A DNA stretch of 64,000 bases from NCBI GenBank assembly GCA_965226885.1, contig CBDDEL010000010.1, positions 128,001-192,000 on the forward strand. Reading direction: 5' to 3'. Numbering within the stretch: position 1 is the stretch's first letter; each line of letters begins with the position of its first letter. The notes under the pieces were generated by a model. The model was not told the origin of the DNA and made no database searches. It saw nothing but the letters and a program-made list of their open reading frames with translations. Origin of the DNA: Opitutales bacterium. Lineage in GTDB: Bacteria > Verrucomicrobiota > Verrucomicrobiia > Opitutales > UBA2987. Below are positions 32,806 through 44,634 of this stretch, piece after piece. The translations under genes were made by a program, and so were the position numbers.

Positions 32806-33976
32806 GGCCGATGCCTTGGTCGATCATTTGCAGGACCCCGATCAGTTGAGCGATGCCTGTAAAGATGGGTTCAATCTGGATTTGTTCGTCAAATTCGTGA
32901 AGGTGCTGGCCGGAAGTCAGGCCCAGGGTGATGCCGGGGATTTTTTTTGCGATGAGGGCCGAAAGGGCGCCTACGCTGGGCGCGATTTTGGACTCAATGC
33001 CGAGGGTATCCATGATGGCGCGGGCTCCTTCAATCATCGGGTGGTATTTCCTGATACCGCCGGGTTTTCTGCGGGTGATAATGTGGAGCTTGGCTTGAGC
33101 CGCTGAATCCTCGGCCGTGGCGTGTAGAATTTCTTCGATTTGGCGGTGGATAGAGGTAATTTTTCCGCGCACTTTACTGCGCAGCTCGAACCGGAGGAGG
33201 GCCTTGGATGGGATGGTGTTGAAGGCATTTCCGGCGTTGATGGAACCGAGTATGAGCGAAGTGCCGGGCTCATCCAGCTCTGCAATGGCTAGTATGCGGG
33301 TGAGGATGTCATTGAGGTTTACGATCGCTCCGGCGGCGTTCGATCGTTCCCAGAAGGTTTCCGGCGGGGTTTTGCAGACGATCTCCCCGCGCAGCATGCC
33401 CAGACAGGAATAACTCAATCTGCCCAAGTGGATGCCAGCCAGGCATACGCCGGCATGGATGGGCCTATGGACGTGATTGAGAAAAAACCTGAAGCCGCCG
33501 AGGTCGCCGCGGCCCTGGCTTTGCACTGCGCCCAATAATATTAGGTTGTTGGAAAACCGGATGCCTAATTTTTCCAACAAGAGGGGCAATATGGATATGA
33601 CGGCCGCACCGATGCTGTTGTCGGCTATGCCGGGCCCCGCCAGCACGTCGGTGCCCAGCGTCACGGAGTGGTCAACAGAGCGGTCGAAAACGGTATCCAC
33701 GTGAGCTTCGAGGAGAATATTTTTTTTACGCCCGCCACCTTGGCCGGGAAGGACAGCGGTGGCATTGCCGGCTTCGTCGATGGAAATATTTTGCAGCCCG
33801 CATTCATTGAAACGGTCGCTTAAAAACTGTATGCGCTCCTCTTCTGCATGGGTGGGGGCGGGAATTTCGCCCATCATGACGCTGCTGGCCAGTATAATTT
33901 CCCGATAGCGGCGCAGGGCCTGCCTTAGTTCTGGCAGGGATTCGACGATGCTCTCTGTTTGAAATGCGAGTGACAT
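32795..33976 (-). CDS. M20/M25/M40 family metallopeptidase
   Basis: EAHVDTVF, GPGIADN, NTIPSKA and H.FDE. The stop overlaps the gpgS start. Confidence 0.85.
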   Translation of the reverse strand: MSLAFQTESIVESLPELRQALRRYREIILASSVMMGEIPAPTHAEEERIQFLSDRFNECGLQNISIDEAGNATAVLPGQGGGRKKNILLEAHVDTVFDRSVDHSVTLGTDVLAGPGIADNSIGAAVISILPLLLEKLGIRFSNNLILLGAVQSQGRGDLGGFRFFLNHVHRPIHAGVCLAGIHLGRLSYSCLGMLRGEIVCKTPPETFWERSNAAGAIVNLNDILTRILAIAELDEPGTSLILGSINAGNAFNTIPSKALLRFELRSKVRGKITSIHRQIEEILHATAEDSAAQAKLHIITRRKPGGIRKYHPMIEGARAIMDTLGIESKIAPSVGALSALIAKKIPGITLGLTSGQHLHEFDEQIQIEPIFTGIAQLIGVLQMIDQGIGHED

Positions 33977-34211
33977 TACATGCTGATTCAAGAAATAGTA
34001 TTGGGCACAAGGGAATAGCTGCCAATCCTTTAATTTTTTCACTCATTTACTAAAAATGCGCGGATGGACGCGGATTTTTTGAGTGAGAGCCGGCGAGCCG
34101 CACTATTTATCTGTATTCACGCGTTGGCATCAACTCCTTGGCTCAATGCCATCGTGGGAGCCAGTATTCCCGATGCCTGGTGTCAAATATGAATTATGAA
34201 CGTTGACCCCT

Positions 34212-34865
34212 TTAGATTTGTGAAATTTGATATGCGCAGCGCCGGTCTCCCGATAAAATGTGCTCCGTGCGTTCGAGGCGCACTTGCTTTCCTAAAATCG
34301 ATCGAAAAAAGCATAACTCCGCCTCGCACACTGCATTGCAGGCTGTCGCTGCTTCGCAAATTGGACAATGGTTTTCCACAAATAGAAAGGAAGCTCTGTC
34401 TTTCGAACCGACTTCGGCCATGTAACCCTCTGCCGTTCGAAGCTCGGCAAGGTGGGTCAGTTTTTTTTGCAAGGATGCATTTTTCGAAATTTTATCACGA
34501 TAGGTGGAAATTTGATTTCCAATGGCACTCTTGAGGATTCCTTGAAGCGCCTTGGTTCCGTATTTCGATCCCATTGCTTCGATTAATTTGACCACAAAAG
34601 ACGAGTGATCGTCGGGGAAAAAACGGTTTGCGTATTGCGTCAAGGCCCAGAATTTTTCCGGACGTCCAACACCTTGCGCCCTTTCCCTGCAATTTACGCT
34701 TCCTTCATCCTGAAGTTTATATAGGTGCTGGCGGACGGCCATGGGAGATATTTTTAAGCGTAGCGCCAGGGTGGTGGCATCAGTTGAGCCAAGAGTTTTC
34801 AATAGCTTGAGAATAGCTAAACGGGTTCGACCCTGCCGGTTCCTGCTTCCTTTCGGTTGTTTCAT
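34212..34865 (-). CDS. SufR-like winged-helix metalloregulator
   Basis: ISPMAVRQHL, GVGRP, EGYMAE, ENHCPI, VCEAEL and GDRRCAY. Confidence 0.85.
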   Translation of the reverse strand: MKQPKGSRNRQGRTRLAILKLLKTLGSTDATTLALRLKISPMAVRQHLYKLQDEGSVNCRERAQGVGRPEKFWALTQYANRFFPDDHSSFVVKLIEAMGSKYGTKALQGILKSAIGNQISTYRDKISKNASLQKKLTHLAELRTAEGYMAEVGSKDRASFLFVENHCPICEAATACNAVCEAELCFFRSILGKQVRLERTEHILSGDRRCAYQISQI

Positions 34866-34950
34866 CGTAGGTATAATTATAGATTATGCTTTACAATCAA
34901 GGTGTAATTGGTCTTTTTAATAAATAAAGTAAAATCTTTAATTATTTGCC

Positions 34951-35973
34951 ATGATAAACAGCGATCTCAGCAGTTCGGGCCGAAAACGGGGACGCCCGAA
35001 AAAAGGGGCAAAGGTTTATCCCAGGATATCGCATCTCGATTCTGAAATGGGGCTGAATTCCTCTCGAAGCAGCTCCTTGGAGCTTTTCTATGAGCGGATA
35101 AAGGATATCCCTTTATTGAGTGTTGATGAAGAAGTTACCCTTGCCCAACAAATCCAGAGAGGCGATGAAAAGGCCCGCCATAAAATGATCCTTTCTAATC
35201 TGCGGCTGGTTTTCAAGATCGCTTTGCATTATAACAATCTTGGGCTTTCGTCCGAAGATCTGGTGAGTGAAGGCATGGTGGGATTGGTTCATGCTAGCGA
35301 GCATTTTTTGCCCCATAAAGCAAAGTTCAGCTCCTACTCTTCGTGGTGGATCCGAAGATTCATGCATGAGGCCATCGCTCGCAATAGTGGGGCTGTCAGC
35401 GTGAGCACTTATACCGCAAACAAGATGATCGTGATGAGCAAAGTCGCCAATGACTTGCATGAGAAAATAGGTAGTGAGGCAAGCGATATGGAAATCGCGT
35501 TAGAGATGAAAATGCCCGAACATAAAGTTGCTTCCCTGCGCATGGTCAGGAAAATTCCAATCTCCTTGCAAGCGTCGGTTAATGATGATTTATCCACTCA
35601 GTTTGTCGAAATTCTGGCGGACCATAGCGCTCCTATCCCGTCTAAGATCTTCGAGCAAAATGCGCTTAAGCGGGAACTTGAAGAGTCTCTTCAATTGCTC
35701 AAGGGGCGTGAAGCCGAGATCCTTCGTCACCGTTTTGGATTGAATGGCTACTGTCCGAAAACCCTCGTGGATGTGGGTGAAATCTATACACTTACGCGAG
35801 AACGCATCCGCCAAATTCAAAACTCGGCGTTGATAAAACTTCGCAAAATATTTAACGAAAAAGCAAAACTGCGTAGCGCCCAAGAACTGGATGAAAATAG
35901 ACTGGAGAGAATTCGATCAGAAATGCTCAAGGAGTTTTTAGAGACCCGGCTTCATGACGTATCTTCTAATTAA
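34951..35973 (+). CDS. RpoD/RpoS-family sigma-70 factor
   Basis: PLLSVDEE, SNLRLV, DLVSEG, FSSYSSWWIR and LTRERIRQIQ. Confidence 0.9.
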   Translation: MINSDLSSSGRKRGRPKKGAKVYPRISHLDSEMGLNSSRSSSLELFYERIKDIPLLSVDEEVTLAQQIQRGDEKARHKMILSNLRLVFKIALHYNNLGLSSEDLVSEGMVGLVHASEHFLPHKAKFSSYSSWWIRRFMHEAIARNSGAVSVSTYTANKMIVMSKVANDLHEKIGSEASDMEIALEMKMPEHKVASLRMVRKIPISLQASVNDDLSTQFVEILADHSAPIPSKIFEQNALKRELEESLQLLKGREAEILRHRFGLNGYCPKTLVDVGEIYTLTRERIRQIQNSALIKLRKIFNEKAKLRSAQELDENRLERIRSEMLKEFLETRLHDVSSN

Positions 35974-36007
35974 TGGCTTCAAATGTGAATTATGAACGTT
36001 GGTTTTG

Positions 36008-36190
36008 TATGATCAACGAAGCGTTCATCCGAGAGTTCAATACGCGGGGAGTATGTCCAAGAGCGCGAAAACGTGCTGCTCCTTGGTAATGCCGGTACCG
36101 GTAAAACACACTTGGCCACCGCTCTGGGCTTTGCTGCCTGCGGCCAGGGCCGACGGGTCCGCTTTTTCGGGGTCACCGCCCAAGCGGCTG
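36008..36190 (+). pseudogene. Diverged istB fragment
   Basis: [21 protein letters not shown], similar to the IS21 copies. Confidence 0.8.
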
Positions 36191-36497
36191 AAGGATCTGG
36201 AGTGGCGTCAGCACTCAAAGTGGATTCACCGGGCTTTATCAGTGACCTATCGAAAAAGCTGAGGAAGTAGGGGACTATTGAGTTGGAAACCCATTTGAGT
36301 AAGTAGGCTTGGCCGTCGGTTTTTCCAAAGTTTCGATGGCAGTCTATTCAGCGTCCCGGCGGGTTTGCTGGTTGAGTAGGGATTTACAGAGTCTTTAATA
36401 TTAAAGACGGATTCTTTTCAATGATTGCCCGGTATGCTCGAATAGGAATCGGATTACTGGGCCTCCAGACTGGGTCCTTCCCTTGCCTGTCCTTCAG

Positions 36498-36786
36498 TGG
36501 AAACTCGTATAAATCCAATTTCGACTGGCACCCGATACGGGATGAGGAAGAAAATTTTTCGATACAAAAGGAACCAATGCTGTGGGAACCCCCAACAGAA
36601 GGAAAGACCTTTCCAAGCTTTGACACAGCAAAGGGAAAATCAGCAATAATTGTTTAATACTGCCGATTTGATCATTAAATATTGTAGGAAAGGATTGCCA
36701 TATCACATTGAAAGCAAAAAATTGGATCAAAATATTAGGAAGTAGCTATTTTCAACGATTATCAATGTTCATATGGGCAATCTCGG
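36498..36786 (+). mobile_element. Diverged right-end remnant of IS1380 type A
   Basis: Reverse complement resembles 21555-21830 and it ends ATGGGCAATCTCGG. Left boundary approximate. Confidence 0.75.
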
Positions 36787-36980
36787 TTAAAGTACTATTT
36801 CGGGGGAAACTACTTGAATTCAATGACTTATCAATTTAGACCGGTTGATTTGCAAGACATATCCGGTGAACTAATGATGAAGTCTGCTGCCGTCGTAACA
36901 TCTGTAAACAGTTTCCCAACGGATGAAAATTTACTGGGCGAAAAATCTGATTAAGTAGCAGTTGAAGAGAAATCACCCTG

Positions 36981-37158
36981 ATGACGAAAATCTCGGAAAA
37001 TTTGCGCTCTACCCTTGATTTGCTTAAAATCTCTCCCCGCGCTTTCGTAATACCCGGGTTTTTGGGCATTGTGGATTCCATAATGCACCTGGTTGTCCTT
37101 GGATTACTCTTACCCCTTTCACGGTTGCTTCTCTCCGGTGGTGAAAAAACAGGTTTAG
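36981..37158 (+). pseudogene. 5' end of a membrane protein (possibly an ABC exporter), cut by IS1380
   Basis: Hydrophobic N-terminus that runs into the IS end. Confidence 0.45.
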
Positions 37159-37905
37159 CCCGGATATTTCATGAAGGGTAAAGTTTGGCTCGTTATTGCT
37201 ATTGGAGATGGATTTCTTTGTATTTTGAGCAGATCGTCTTGATTTTTAGGTGTTTTTCAGGGTGTAGAGACACTGCCCCCTTTCCCCCATTGGTTCGGTA
37301 GTGCCGGGGGCAGCACCAATGCACCCTTTAGGTTGGCACCAATCGGCGGGCCGCATGGTTGAAAAGACTGGCCCAAGGATAACTCTCACTTAGGTGAAAG
37401 TGAATCGTTCGGGTGTTGCGCACGATGACCGCTCCGATCTTGATTAATTTGAGCCGCAGGGTGTGGCATTGGGCCCGCGCCCACTTCGTCCCTTTTAAGG
37501 CTAACCGGCGCATGGCTTCCATCAAGGTGTAGGCCAGCGCCGACAAGAGCAATCGCCACTGATTGGCCCACCATTGATGGGCGCTGGTGCGCTCGCTGAA
37601 CAATTGCATCTGTTCCTTGATTCGGTTCTCCATTTCACCGCGGCCACAGTATACCTTGTCGTAAAGCTCCTGGGGATCGCCCGGCAGGTTCGTCACCACG
37701 AAGCGCGGGTTGGACCCCTGTGCGGTGTGTTCGGCTTTATGGATGACCAACCGCAGCCATCGCCACGAATCGGCAGCATAGACGAAGTCCTGGAATAGCC
37801 GTTGTTTTTTACCCCTTAGTTCGAACCATTCTTTGGCCTGCTTTTGCAACTGCTGGGCGTCTTGCTGCAAGCGTGCATTGCGAGCCATCCCCACGATGTA
37901 ACTAA
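37159..37905 (-). mobile_element. IS1380 type B 3' part (continues at 51380-51600)
   Basis: Split at a duplicated CTAA. Confidence 0.9.
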
Positions 37906-38228
37906 CCCGGATATTTCGTAAAAAAAGTATCGTTGATATGCTTAACTGCTGATATACAGCAGGATAGATCAATAATTAAAGCAATATCAGCGATGACAAA
38001 AGGTAAACAATTAAAGCTACAGTTGACAAGGGTAAAAGGCCGCCGTGTGCGGGTTGATTTCAAGGGCGGAGAGGTTACTTCGGATGCCGGACTGCTTTTG
38101 ATCCGGGAAGTGGATCGGCAGTTGGGCTTGACCGAACGAGCGGCCCGACAGTTAGTGGACAAACGGCAGAAGGGCAAAGTACGCCATGAGGTATTGGGGA
38201 TGCTGCGGCAGCGCGTTTACGGGCTGGT
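37906..38228 (+). mobile_element. IS1380 type B 5' part, truncated by IS21
   Basis: Starts CCCGGATATTTCG. Confidence 0.9.
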
Positions 38229-40745
38229 TGTAAACGCCGGGATGAAACCGGTACGGGGGTCGGGGTAAAACCGGTACGCTTGGAATAAGGTTTAGGTTAG
38301 TAATTGCAGGTACGTCAAGGTTTAGGGTTTGGGAGTTGGTTTTGGGGATTGGCTTGGGGTCGGTGAGGAGGCCGGAGGCCGACGAGCCGGGCCCAAGGCG
38401 TTTATTGTTTTGTGCCACGGCGACGGCGTCGAGCATCGCGCAAGCGGTAGCTTTGCCCGTTGGCTTCGAGGATATGCACCCGATGGGTGAGTCGGTCCAG
38501 CAGAGCTCCGGTGAGCCGTTCGGAACCGAGCACTTCGATCCAGTTCTCAAAGGGCAGGTTGGTGGTGACGATGAGACTGGTGCGCTCGTAAGCGCGGCTG
38601 ACCACGTCGAAGAGCAGTTCGGAACCGGTCTTGGAAAAAGGGACGTAACCGAGTTCGTCGAGGATGAGTAGGTCGAGCCTTTCGAGTTGCTTCATGAAGC
38701 GCTGCAGGTCGTGGTTGTCGCGTTGCTCGAGCATATGGGTAACCAGGGCGGTGACCCCGAAGAAACGGATCCGCCGGCCCTGGGCACAGGCGGCAAAGCC
38801 CAGGGCGGTGGCCAGGTGCGTTTTACCGGTACCGGCGTTACCGAGGAGCAGCACGTTTTCGCGCTGGTCGACATACTCCCCGCGCATGAGCTCTCGGATG
38901 AGCGCTTCGTTGATCGAGGGCTGCGCTTCAAAGGCGAAGCTCTCGAGGGTCTTGAGCACGGGGAAACGGGCGTTTTTGATCCGCCGCTGGGCGGCCCGCT
39001 GTTCGCGTTCAATGAGCTCCCGTTCGACCAGATGCAACAAAAAGGCGGCGTAATCGAGCCGGTCCCGGGAACAAGCCGCGGCCACCGCCGGCCATTCGCG
39101 CAGGATGGTGGGCAACTTCAGTTTCTTGAGGTGATGGTGTAACAGCAGCTGGTTTTTTTCTTCCTTCATAAAGCCCCTCCTGGAATCTTGAGCAGTTCGC
39201 TGTAGGCACCGAGGTCAGGGGCGGCCACACGGACGTGACGCAGGTGTGGATGGCCGTCCAGCCGGAAGGTTCTGCTCCCGTAGTCTTCCTGAGGATAGAG
39301 ATACTGGGCGATGGCCTCACGAGTCAGTCCCCCCACCCGCAGGGCCGAGACGACGGCCTGCTGCAAGGCCGCCATGGGGTGTTTCTCCAACAGCCGCAGC
39401 ACCCGGATATACTCCCGGGTGCCTTCGCCCCCGCATTGGCTTTCGAGCCGGCGTCTGAGGACCTGCAGGCACTGCGGCAACTGCCAGCCCGAGAGTGGGC
39501 GGGCGAAGTCCAAAGCGCCCGGTTTTTTCTCCAGCAAAGCCAGGTAGTGCACCGGCTCGAAAGAGACTTGCTCTTTATCCCAAATGCGGCGGTGCCGGGC
39601 CACCTCTTGGCCCCCACAGAAGATCACCACCTGCCGACAGGACCCTTCCACCACCACCGGATGGTGGGCGCAGCGCACCGGCACCGAATAGTCGTTGCAC
39701 TCGAAGCGCACCAGCGAGAGGCTGCTGACGCAGGTCGAGCGTTTGCGGCTCGCTTCAAAGGGTATGGGCGGCAACGCCAGCATGACGGCGCGCTCCTCGG
39801 CCAGCAGTTCCTTTTTCACCGCCCTTTTCCCGCGTAATTTACGCTCCATGTCCCGCTCACATGCCTCCAACAGCTTTGCGTTGAGTTCCTCCAGGTCCCG
39901 AACCTGCGGTACCGGTACCAGGAAGTTGGCCCGGGCATAACGCACGATCCCCTCGACCACGCCCTTCTCGTTGGGCCGGGCGGGCAGACAGAAGTGTTCC
40001 TCGAACAGGTAATGGCTCTGTAGCTGCAGAAACCCGTCGGTCAGCTTGCGTTCACGCGAACCGATAATCTTACCCACCGCCACCTTCGAGTTGTCATAGC
40101 TGATGCGCCGGGGCACCGCCCCGAAAAACTCAAAAGCTCGCAGGTGCCCCTCCCAGAAGCTCTCCGTGCACTCCCGTTCGAACACCTGCACGAAAAAGGC
40201 ATCGCTGTAGGGCAGGCTCATGGCAAAAAATGGCCGCCTACGCAATTGCCCCGCCTCCTTCACCAGGGCATGACCGAAGTCCACCTGTCCCTCCCCGGGG
40301 CGGTGCTCCAGCGGCACGAACACTTCCCGCCGCCTCGCTCGCAGCTCGGCCACCACCTCCTTGACCGCCGTGTAGCCCCCTTGGTAGCCCTTCTCCCGAC
40401 CCAAACGCTGGTAGATCCGTTTGGCCGTATGGCGCTGCTTCTTGGGCACGTTCCGGTCCGCTTTGAGCACCTCCTCGATCCAGCCCACATACGGATCGAT
40501 CTTGCGCTCTCGCCTCTTCTTGCGCCGGTATCCCGGCGGCTGGGAATAGGCCAGCATCTTTCCCAGGGTCTCCCAGTGCAGTCCCTCTTCTCGCATTACA
40601 GAGCGCTTGCTCTGCTTGTCCCGCAGCACTTTGTGCCGCACTCTTGTCCATTGCTTCATATCTCGATACACTCCTCCTTTCTAGGATAAGCGTACCGGTT
40701 TTAAAGCGCCCTCTTTACCGTACCGGTTTTTCCCCGGCGTTTACA
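38229..40745 (-). mobile_element. IS21 copy 2 (intact istA 39166-40671, istB 38402-39169)
   Basis: Same termini as copy 1. Flanks differ, so no TSD. Confidence 0.95.
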
Positions 40746-40877
40746 ACCATCAATCCGTTGGGTAAGGGAAATGCAGAAACGACAGACCTTCCCATTTCGA
40801 AAAATTGGCCACCTTGTTCGTTTCGACCCAGCCGAGGTAGCAAAATATCTGTCGGCCCGGAATACTGTGGAGGCTAG
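40746..40877 (+). pseudogene. Excisionase-like HTH fragment
   Basis: Manual translation PSIRWVREMQKRQTFPFRKIGHLVRFDPAEVAKYL. Confidence 0.6.
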
Positions 40878-43237
40878 CCCGGATATTTCGTAAAAAAGTA
40901 TCGTTGATATGCTTAACTGCTGATATACAGCAGAATAGATCAATAATTAAAGCAATATCAGCGATGACAAAAGGTAAACAATTAAAGCTACAGTTGACAA
41001 GGGTAAAAGGCCGCCGTGTGCGGGTTGATTTCAAGGGCGGAGAGGTTACTTCGGATGCCGGACTGCTTTTGATCCGGGAAGTGGATCGGCAGTTGGGCTT
41101 GACCGAACGAGCGGCCCGACAGTTAGTGGACAAACGGCAGAAGGGCAAAGTACGCCATGAGGTATTGGGGATGCTGCGGCAGCGCGTTTACGGGCTGATG
41201 AGGATTTGAACGACTTTGATACCCTGCGCCACGATCCATTGTTGCAAACGGTAACGGGGCGCATTGAAACGTTGGCCAGCGCGCCGACTTTGTGTCGTTT
41301 TGAAAACGGGCAGGATCGGCGGGCGGCCTTTGCGGTAAACGAGCTGTTGGTCGAACAGTTCATGGGCTCCTTTGCCGAGGAACCCGAAGAGATCATCCTG
41401 GACTTTGACGCCACCGACAATCCGGTGCACGGGCTCCAGGAGGGACGTTTTTTCCACGGTTATTATGATCATTACTGTTTTCTGCCGCTATATGTTTTTT
41501 GCGGTGATCAGCTGCTGGTGGCCTACCTGCGGCCGAGCAAGATCGATGCCAGCAAGCATGCCGGGGCCATCCTCAAATTGCTGGTTAAGCGGATTCGCCA
41601 AAGCTGGCCCCGTACGCGGATTATTTGGCGCGCCGACAGTGGATTTTGTCGAGACCGGATACTCTCTTGGTGCGACCGCAACGAAGTTAGTTACATCGTG
41701 GGGATGGCTCGCAATGCACGCTTGCAGCAAGACGCCCAGCAGTTGCAAAAGCAGGCCAAAGAATGGTTCGAACTAAGGGGTAAAAAACAACGGTTATTCC
41801 AGGACTTCGTCTATGCTGCCGATTCGTGGCGATGGCTGCGGTTGGTCATCCATAAAGCCGAACACACCGCACAGGGGTCCAACCCGCGCTTCGTGGTGAC
41901 GAACCTACCGGGCGATCCCCAGGAGCTTTACGACAAGGTATACTGTGGCCGCGGTGAAATGGAGAACCGAATCAAGGAACAGATGCAATTGTTCAGCGAG
42001 CGCACCAGCGCCCATCAATGGTGGGCCAATCAGTGGCGATTGCTCTTGTCGGCGCTGGCCTACACCTTGATGGAAGCCATGCGCCGGTTAGCCTTAAAAG
42101 GGACGAAGTGGGCGCGGGCCCAATGCCACACCCTGCGGCTCAAATTAATCAAGATCGGAGCGGTCATCGTGCGCAACACCCGAACGATTCACTTTCACCT
42201 AAGTGAGAGTTATCCTTGGGCCAGTCTTTTCAACCATGCGGCCCGCCGATTGGTGCCAACCTAAAGGGTGCATTGGTGCTGCCCCCGGCACTACCGAACC
42301 AATGGGGGAAAGGGGGCAGTGTCTCTACACCCTGAAAAACACCTAAAAATCAAGACGATCTGCTCAAAATACAAAGAAATCCGGTAGTGTTAACATGACG
42401 AATGTTTGATATTGCTGTTGTATTCCCAGATGAACAAGCACAGGACGCGAAAATGCATGACCAAAGACTTCGAGAATGACAGCGTTTTACGCACATAGCG
42501 TGACAGGGACTGTCGCAAGGTATTGTTCCAGCGTTCGATATGGGCGGTTTGGCCGGATTGTTTCCCGCTGGCGCTGTTGTGAGGGAAAACCTTGTCGTAG
42601 CTTTCCCAGTAATCGCTTACGGTGGCACAGTCGCGATAGGGCTGGGCGATGTTGTGATACAACTGCCAGCACGTTTGATCGCTACGATCACCCAGAGAAA
42701 ACCCGACGACCTGTCGGGTACGTCGACACAAGGCTACCCATAGCCATACCTGCCCCGAACGCTTATCGCCCCAGAATGACCACACCTCGTCCAGTTCCAG
42801 CACATCACTACACTGGCGGGCAAGCAGAGTGGACTCCAGCTTCGGCAAACTCAGGACTTTTTTTTAATCCATTCGATGACCGTCTTTGGGGCTACCCCGA
42901 AGGTACGGTAAATGGCACGCAGGCTCATCCGGTTTTGGTGCGCACGGAGCACCTGCTTGACCAGCGCCGGAGGATGCTCACGACTTTTGGGGTGAAGCCG
43001 AAACTGATAACCACACCCCTTGCATCGATACTTCTGAACCCCTTTCGGATCCTTGCCGTGCTTGATGATGTGATCGCTTCCGCATTGAGGACATTTTACT
43101 GTGATATGGACCATTCCCAGTTCACAACATAATCACGCTAAAAAGTACAGCCTAAACATTCAAAATGTTAACACTACCAGAAATCCATCTCCAATAGCAA
43201 TAACGAGCCAAACTTTACCCTTCATGAAATATCCGGG
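40878..43237 (+). mobile_element. IS1380 type B (10-bp deletion frameshift near 41197; IS1 type B in its 3' UTR)
   Basis: Both IRs present; compared with the intact copy at 44635. Confidence 0.92.
42383..43178 (-). mobile_element. IS1 family type B
   Basis: GGTAGTG/CACTACC ends and 8-bp TSD AGAAATCC. insA 42851-43114 and insB 42390-42848. Confidence 0.92.
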
Positions 43238-43661
43238 CTAGCACTACTAATTTTCCACCGGAATTCAAATGAGAAGCAGCTTCAATCAATTCTGCGGCAT
43301 CATTCTCTATATGCTCAAGCACATCGATATATAAAATTGCATCGAATTTATCATTGGATTCCAAATCCTTTAGTGTTCCTGTCCTAACCTTTACGCCATC
43401 AAGGGCGGGATCGCTGAAAATCTTTTTTTTTAATTCATTTGCCAGATTGGAATCCGGTTCCATGGCTAACCATGAGGATTGATTCTCATTTTTTAATATT
43501 CGTGTTGTATTTCCCAAACCGGCGCCAACTTCTAGAGTATCTCCTTGTATTGCGTAAGATATAGTTGCTCGAAAATAGGACTTCCAATTTAATGCATGCT
43601 TAAAAACTTCAAGTTCTTTCCCGATATAGTTATAACTATCATCAGAGCTATCTTTAAGCAT
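43238..43661 (-). pseudogene. Class I SAM methyltransferase, truncated by IS1380
   Basis: LEVGAGLG, DVLEHIEND and LNSGGKL. Confidence 0.85.
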
Positions 43662-43685
43662 TCTCTTCCGCCCCCTCGAAAATTG

Positions 43686-44487
43686 GGTAGTGTATAAAAA
43701 AAGAATGTTATTTTGTATTTTTAGCTGTACAAATAGCGTTAGGCAGTTTATTTTTAGTGCATGGTTACTAAAATTATTAATTGTCGGCACTGTGGAAGTG
43801 AAAATATCATGAAATTTGGCAAGACGCCCAACCATAAACAGCGCTACCGCTGCCATGATTGTGGTAAACAAAGCCGCGAAAACCCCACAGTGAAATACAC
43901 CGAAGAGCAAAAAGAAATGATCCTTCGAGTCTATCAGGAACGCAGCAGTCTACGCGGTTTACAGCGCGCCTTCGGGGTGAGTCCCAACACCGTTTTGAGT
44001 TGGTTAAAAAAAACGACAATCGCTGCGACCGCTCAAAAGCACGATTCTTGCGGCCCGCCGCCATGATGTCATTGAACTGGACGAACTGTGGTCTTTTGTG
44101 GGGCGCAAGAGCGATGCCCAATGGGTTTGGATCGCTCTTTGCCGACGCACCCGTCAAATCCTCTCCTATGCCATTGGGCCTCGGGATTGGTATCGTTGCC
44201 GGGAACTTTACGAGCGTCTGCCACGGGCCTACAAAAGATGTGCCACCTACAGCGACTTTTGGAGCACTTATGATGAAGTCTTTCCTCATAACCGATCCGT
44301 GGGAAAAGAAACCGGTGAAACGACCCATGTGGAACGATGGAACAATACCCTGCGCCAACGACTGGGTCGTTTCACACGCAAAACCCTCTCCTTTTCCAAG
44401 CTTAAGAGTATGCATGAAACCTGTCTGAGACTTTTCATTCATCAATATAATCAAGAATTAGCCACCATTCCTACTTAATACACTACC
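43686..44487 (+). mobile_element. IS1 type A
   Basis: 8-bp TSD GAAAATTG. Confidence 0.93.
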
Positions 44488-44634
44488 GAAAATTGTTCTA
44501 CAATCAGCAATATAATCCGTATGATCCCTTGAGGGCATAAACAAAGATGATGAGCGATTGTTCAATATGAATAGTGTCATAATGCCGGCCAGTTGGATTG
44601 CCTGCAGGGAAAATACGATGAGTATAGCTGTTAG

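Larger units (their letters stand above)
34183..36001 (+). repeat. 23-bp direct repeats TCAAAT(A/G)TGAATTATGAACGTTG
   Basis: Copies at 34183-34205 and 35979-36001, with a related inverted copy at about 62761-62785. Confidence 0.8.

Noticed and set aside
40874..43241. CTAG on both sides of an IS1380-B copy read as a true TSD
   Set aside because: The flanks belong to unrelated genes (HTH versus methyltransferase). The match is expected from the YTAR target preference.
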